From assembly GCA_965223855.1 (NCBI GenBank), contig CBDCXM010000009.1, positions 1,024,001 through 1,088,000 on the forward strand: DNA of 64,000 nt, in the 5' to 3' direction. How positions within the stretch are numbered: the first letter of the stretch is position 1; each line of letters opens with the position of its first letter. The position numbers and the translations under genes are program-made. Below the pieces are notes generated by a model that was given only the letters and a program-made list of their open reading frames with translations, was not told the origin of the DNA and ran no database searches. Shown here piece after piece: positions 59,614-64,000 of this stretch. The DNA is from Candidatus Multivoradales bacterium (lineage in GTDB: Bacteria > Acidobacteriota > Thermoanaerobaculia > Multivoradales > JAHEKO01).

Positions 59614-61247
59614 TCACGAACCCGATAGGCGCTCCAGCGCAAAGAGAGGCCCCCGACGAAGCAGGCCCACCAGCTTCCTAGGCGTGTCACCCTCGCGATG
59701 ACTCGCCGCTCCACCCCGAGTCTTCTTAAGGAGTAGTCTTCCTCCGAGGAAGTCTAGTACGTGGAGCCCTTGCTTAAGTCGAGATGCGCTGTACTGACTG
59801 AGATCCAAGAGGTACACCTCAGAGCGACGACCAGCCTCATGTGCGGCCGAGAGGCTGCTGTTAATAAGGTGCAGCATCCTGAGGTCCGCCAAGCTCTGGA
59901 TGAGTGCATAGTCGTCAGGGCGCAACTCCTTGTCACGGTAGTCGATTCTGAAGAAGGTGAAGTGTTTCTCCGAGAGGAGAAAGTCTCGGATGGTGTTCAG
60001 TGCGTTCACAAGCTCCTGCGACCGGCCGTGGTCCGCAGCAGCGTCCTCTTCTAGCTCCTGCAGCTTCGTCTGAGCGGCAAGCCCTGCAGCCTTGTTGACG
60101 TCCTGAACCCCCAATGTACTGGCGCTGGTGCGCTGTCTGGCTAGCTGAATCGAGGCCGCACAGAGCGTCAGGAAATCTCGGGGAACGCCGCCAGAAGCTA
60201 GCAGCAGCCGGTCGAGGGAGGCACCAGGGAGGAAATTGCTCATCGGGAGCGCGTTCAGTTCTCTCAGGTATCCCTGCAGCACGTTCCTCAGGAACTCTCG
60301 AGCGCGGGCAGGCTCCTCTAGTGTCACGTCCAAGTCTATGATTGTGGCGTCGTGTCCAGTTTGGAGTCCTGTCGGCGGCTCCGGTGAAAACCAGCGTGTC
60401 TGGTGTTTGATGCCAGCTACCTTCAGCCACACTGGGTTGTCGCGCGCGAGGCCGTGAAGCATGTCGAGCAGCTCGGGAACATCGTTCCGCGCCAAGTAGT
60501 GAACGTCATCGAGAAAGATAAAGACTGGCCGACTGTTCGCGATCGTGAAGTGTGCAAGCGCTTGCTGAAGATCAGCGAGGAGACTCGCCACAGTAGTGTC
60601 TCGAGTTTCTTGCTCGGAGAGTAGGGCCAGAGCCCTCTCCCTTACCCTGGGAACCAAACTCCCAGAGAGGGTTCTTTGCTTGTGCAATCCGGTCGACGAG
60701 ATCATTACATCGCACAACCGAAGTACGATCTGGAGGAAGATCCGATTGACTGAGAGCTTCCGCATGCTGTGGACGTTCACCCAGAGCGTGGCAGCTTCCT
60801 TTCGCTGAAGCAGTCGTTGAGCCTCCCAGCATCAACGCAGTCTTGCCGACCCCGCGCCTACCGAAGATCAAGTGGTGCCTCGGCGCCATGGCGAGGTTGA
60901 GTCGCTCCGCAGCGGTCTGGCACGTAGTTGAGACTCGGCTGGGCTTCGGATGTTCTCGAGCGAGCGTTCAGTAGCTCAACGAGAGCTCCAGCGCGATCAT
61001 CGAGGATCGACTCTATTGGCTCCGAGTGTTGAGGCGTAGGCTCCGCTCTCCTTACCGTTACGAAGCCGTCTTCAAACTCGCTGTCGAGTTGTGACGCGAT
61101 AGCGATGGCTGCCTCGTAGTCGCGATCCACCTCTACCACGACAATGGTCTCTCCGGGGAACGATCGTAGCTCTATAGCTCTCGGAACTACCCCCTGTGAA
61201 GTAAAGGCATCTTCAACTAGAGCCCTCAGCGATCTCTCTGACCTCAT
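59614..61247 (-). CDS. P-loop ATPase (ORC/CDC6- or STAND-like) split by two frameshifts near 60.8 and 60.9 kb
   Basis: Three ORF pieces join: N-terminal domain; LIFGRRGVGKT (Walker A); FIFLDDVH (Walker B) and ASGGVPRDFL. Confidence 0.75.
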
Positions 61248-61767
61248 GCGCGCCAATCCTTCGAATTGAGGAAGTCTCGAGTGAGCCTCAAGAACTCCTG
61301 CGCAGAGGAACAGAGCGATCTCGCCGGCTCAAGGAACCTTCGGTCGGCGCGCGGATAAGGATCGTAGTCGGCGCGATTCCTCTCGAGCCGAGCATGCTTG
61401 AGCAGCGCCTCCCACTCATGCCGATCCCGGCAAGTCTGAGGGTAAGTGCTTAGGGAGCTCTGAGTGGTCTTGGTGGTCGTCACCACCACTGTCAAAGAAC
61501 ACCATTGCTCTCGCAGAGTGGTACATGGAGTAATAGGCTCTGCTGACCGCAGTCCTGTTGGACTTGTGGATGCCGTCGAGAGAAGTCCTAGCCGACCGAA
61601 GCAGGCTGCGAGCGAGAGAAAGCCGATGCTCGACGACGAGCACCAAGAGCTCTCTTGTTGTGTAGCCGGTTGCAGCCTCAAGTTTCGGGCCGAGTTGAAG
61701 CCACGCCCAGTTGCTTCTTTCGACCCTCAGCTAGAGGTCTAAGGTGCTTCTGTAGGGCTCGCGGCAT
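61244..61767 (-). CDS. HEPN-domain protein split by two frameshifts
   Basis: AVSRAYYSMYHSARA...H...ARLERNRADY; its stop overlaps the ATPase start (ATGA). Confidence 0.75.
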
Positions 61768-61846
61768 TTGTGCAAGCGTAACAGTTGCGGCCGTCGAAGA
61801 TATGGCGAGCTCGGCGCCGCGAGCAGCACGCGCTGAAGCCCCCTAC

Positions 61847-62299
61847 TCAGTAGAGGCGGTCGAGGTTGTCGAGCCCTAGGGCCGCCTCCAACGTATGCCA
61901 ACTCAAGGTCGCACACTTCACCCGAACCGGAAACTCCCTAACCCCTTCAAACACCGCCAACTTCCCCAACTCCGCCCCAGCCTGCGCCCGCACCGCCGGA
62001 TCCCCGTCATCAGATCGTGGAATCCCTTGAAGAGCGCCTCCGCCTCCCCCACCGTCTTCCCCTTCACCGCCTCCGTCATCAGTGAAGCCGAAGCCTTCGA
62101 GATCGCACACCCCGACCCCTCGAACTTGATGTCCTCGGACGATCTCCCCGTCGAGCACCAGATACACCCGTAGCTGATCCCCGCAAAGCGGATTGTGCCC
62201 GTCGGCCGTCCGATCGGCGTCCTCGATCGCGCCGAAGTTCCGGGGCGATTTGTTGTGGTCGAGGATGACTTCCTGGTAGAGGTCGGTGAGTTCGCTCAA
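61847..62299 (-). CDS. sufU: SUF-system NifU-family scaffold/sulfur-transfer protein, with compensating indels near 62137 and 62004
   Basis: LYQEVILDH...NPLCGD; the alternate frame restores FEGSGCAISKASASLM; RVKCATLSWH. Confidence 0.9.
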   Translation of the reverse strand: MSELTDLYQEVILDHNKSPRNFGAIEDADRTADGHNPLCGDQLRVYLVLDGEIVRGHQVRGVGVCDLEGFGFTDDGGGEGEDGGGGGGALQGIPRSDDGDPAVRAQAGAELGKLAVFEGVREFPVRVKCATLSWHTLEAALGLDNLDRLY

Positions 62300-62308
62300 G
62301 CTTGTGTT

Positions 62309-63553
62309 CTAGGAGAAGACTTCCCGGATCTTGCCGATGCCTTCGGCGAGGCGGTCGAGGTCGGATCGGGTGTTGTAGAGGGCGAGCGAGGCTCGGGCGG
62401 TGGCGGCGACGCCGTAGAAGTCCATGACGGGCTGGGCGCAGTGGTGGCCGGCCCTTACGGCGATGCCCTCGCGGTCGAGGATGGTGCCGATGTCGTGGGC
62501 GTGGACGTCGCCGATGAGGAAGGAGAGGACGCTCGCCTTCTTCTCGGCGGTGCCGATGAGGGTGAGGTCGGGGATGGACTCGAGGAGCTCGGTGCCGTAG
62601 GCGAGGAGCTCTTCCTCGTAGGCGGCGACCTGTTTGAGGTCGAGGCTCTTGAGGAAGTCCACGGCCGCGCCCATGCCGATGGCGCCGGCGATGTTGGGGG
62701 TGCCGGCCTCGAACTTCGCCGGCACCTCGGCCCAGTCGCTGCCTTCGAAGGTGACGGTGCGGATCATCTCGCCGCCGCCCTGGTAGGGGGGCATGTCGTT
62801 GAGGTGCTCGAGCTTGCCGTAGAGGGCGCCGATGCCGCTGGGGCCGAACATCTTGTGGCCGGAGATGGTGTAGAAGTCGGCGCCGAGGGTGGCCACGTCG
62901 ATCGGCATGTGGGGCGCGGCCTGGGCGCCGTCGACGAGGACGGGGATGCCCTTGGCGTGGGCCGCCTCGATGATCTCGGCGACCGGGTTGATGGTGCCGA
63001 GCGCGTTCGAGATGTGGTTGCAGGCGACGATTCGGGTGCGGTCGGTGAGGCGGCTTTCGAACTCGTCCCAGATGAGCTCGCCCTTCTGGTTCATGGGGGC
63101 GACGACGAGCTTGGCCTTCTTCTCGGCGCACAGCAGCTGCCAGGGGACGATGTTCGAGTGGTGCTCCATCGCGGTGATGAGCACTTCGTCGCCCTCGCCG
63201 ACCCGCTGCCTGCCGAAGGTCTGGGCGACGAGGTTGATGCCCTCGGTGGTGCCGCGGACGAAGACGACCTCTCTGGGGCAGCTGGTGCCGAGGAAGGTGG
63301 CGACCTTCTGGCGCGCCGCCTCGTAGGCCTCGGTCGAGAGCTGGCTGAGCTTGTGAACGCCGCGGTGGACGTTCGAGTAGTACTCGCGGTAGCAGCGCAT
63401 CTCCGCTTCGATCACCGTGTCCGGCTTCTGGGCGGAGGCGGCGCTGTCGAGGTAGATCAGCGGTTTGCCGTAGACCTTGGTCGTCAGCGCCGGGAAGCGG
63501 CGCCTTACGGACTCGACGTCGTAGGCGGTGGCGTTGGTGGCCGCGGTGGTCAT
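62309..63553 (-). CDS. sufS: Cysteine desulfurase SufS
   Basis: [38 protein letters not shown]. Confidence 0.97.
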   Translation of the reverse strand: MTTAATNATAYDVESVRRRFPALTTKVYGKPLIYLDSAASAQKPDTVIEAEMRCYREYYSNVHRGVHKLSQLSTEAYEAARQKVATFLGTSCPREVVFVRGTTEGINLVAQTFGRQRVGEGDEVLITAMEHHSNIVPWQLLCAEKKAKLVVAPMNQKGELIWDEFESRLTDRTRIVACNHISNALGTINPVAEIIEAAHAKGIPVLVDGAQAAPHMPIDVATLGADFYTISGHKMFGPSGIGALYGKLEHLNDMPPYQGGGEMIRTVTFEGSDWAEVPAKFEAGTPNIAGAIGMGAAVDFLKSLDLKQVAAYEEELLAYGTELLESIPDLTLIGTAEKKASVLSFLIGDVHAHDIGTILDREGIAVRAGHHCAQPVMDFYGVAATARASLALYNTRSDLDRLAEGIGKIREVFS

Positions 63554-63574
63554 ACCTGGCGGGAACCGTCGTTG

Positions 63575-64000
63575 TTAGACGGCCTGTCTTACGACCTCAC
63601 CCTTCGGCAGGCGGCGGAAGAGGAACTCCTCCAGATCCTGCCGGAGCTGCGGCACCTTCACTCGCGTGACGATGTCGGCGGCGAAGGCGTAGGTCAGGAG
63701 CGACCGTGCCGCCTCTTCACCGATGCCTCTGGAGCGCAGGTAGAAGACGGCGATGTCGTCGAGCTGGCCCGTGGTGCTGCCGTGGGTGCACTTGACGTCG
63801 TCGGCGAAGATCTCGAGCTGCGGCTGCGAGTGAGCGAGCGCGTCGTCGGAGAGCAGCAGGTTGCGGTTGGTCTGGATGGCGTCGGTCTTCTGGGCGCCTT
63901 CCTTGACGTAGATCCGCCCGGTGAAGGACGTCCGCGCCTTGCCCTCGAGCACGCCCTTGTAGAGGTTGTGCGAAAAGCAGTGCGGAGCGTTGTGCTCGAC
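63575..64000 (-). CDS. sufD: Fe-S cluster assembly protein SufD (3' part; runs off the window)
   Basis: GAQKTDA.Q.NRNLLLS...PQLEIFADDVKCTHG...FYLRSRGI. Confidence 0.95.
   Translation of the reverse strand, partial: VEHNAPHCFSHNLYKGVLEGKARTSFTGRIYVKEGAQKTDAIQTNRNLLLSDDALAHSQPQLEIFADDVKCTHGSTTGQLDDIAVFYLRSRGIGEEAARSLLTYAFAADIVTRVKVPQLRQDLEEFLFRRLPKGEVVRQAV

Noticed and set aside
60780-62140. Programmed frameshifting or true pseudogenisation of the ATPase, HEPN and sufU genes
   Set aside because: Six indels cluster in 1.4 kb, including a compensating pair in conserved sufU with one in a G run; sequencing error is more likely and needs read polishing

Overview
This is a GC-rich bacterial window. 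Its gene content (ECF sigma/Ser-Thr kinase pairs, secreted proteins ending IFADGFESGD..W) suggests Acidobacteriota, possibly Thermoanaerobaculia-like; that assignment is inference. From 1-36 kb it holds accessory genes: secreted proteins, proteases, two ECF-kinase pairs, a caspase-like operon and a Doc toxin-antitoxin pair. From about 36.7-62 kb there is a variable island next to the sufD-sufS-sufU operon. The core of the island (39-55 kb) is the most striking feature: three intact and two truncated co-oriented HUH/Y1 (RAYT-like) transposases, plus 16 short end motifs of two types, all in one orientation. The left type is AGGTGTCACAGGAATACTG and the right type is CTCTTCAGTATTCCTGTGAGGCCTCT; they are inverted repeats of a shared core. 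These motifs split the region into small gene modules: TA pairs, an RHS-TNT toxin with a probable immunity gene, and secreted proteins. Two modules are diverged paralogs of genes elsewhere in this window. The layout resembles an integron-like cassette array, but I see no tyrosine integrase. A lower-GC defence-like block follows (two P-loop ATPases, a HEPN protein, an IS3 relic). A diverged 124-bp copy of sufS lies near the far edge of the island. Six frameshifts clustered at 60.8-62.2 kb are probably sequencing errors. I recognised no rRNA, tRNA or CRISPR-Cas. All coordinates and counts were made by eye.
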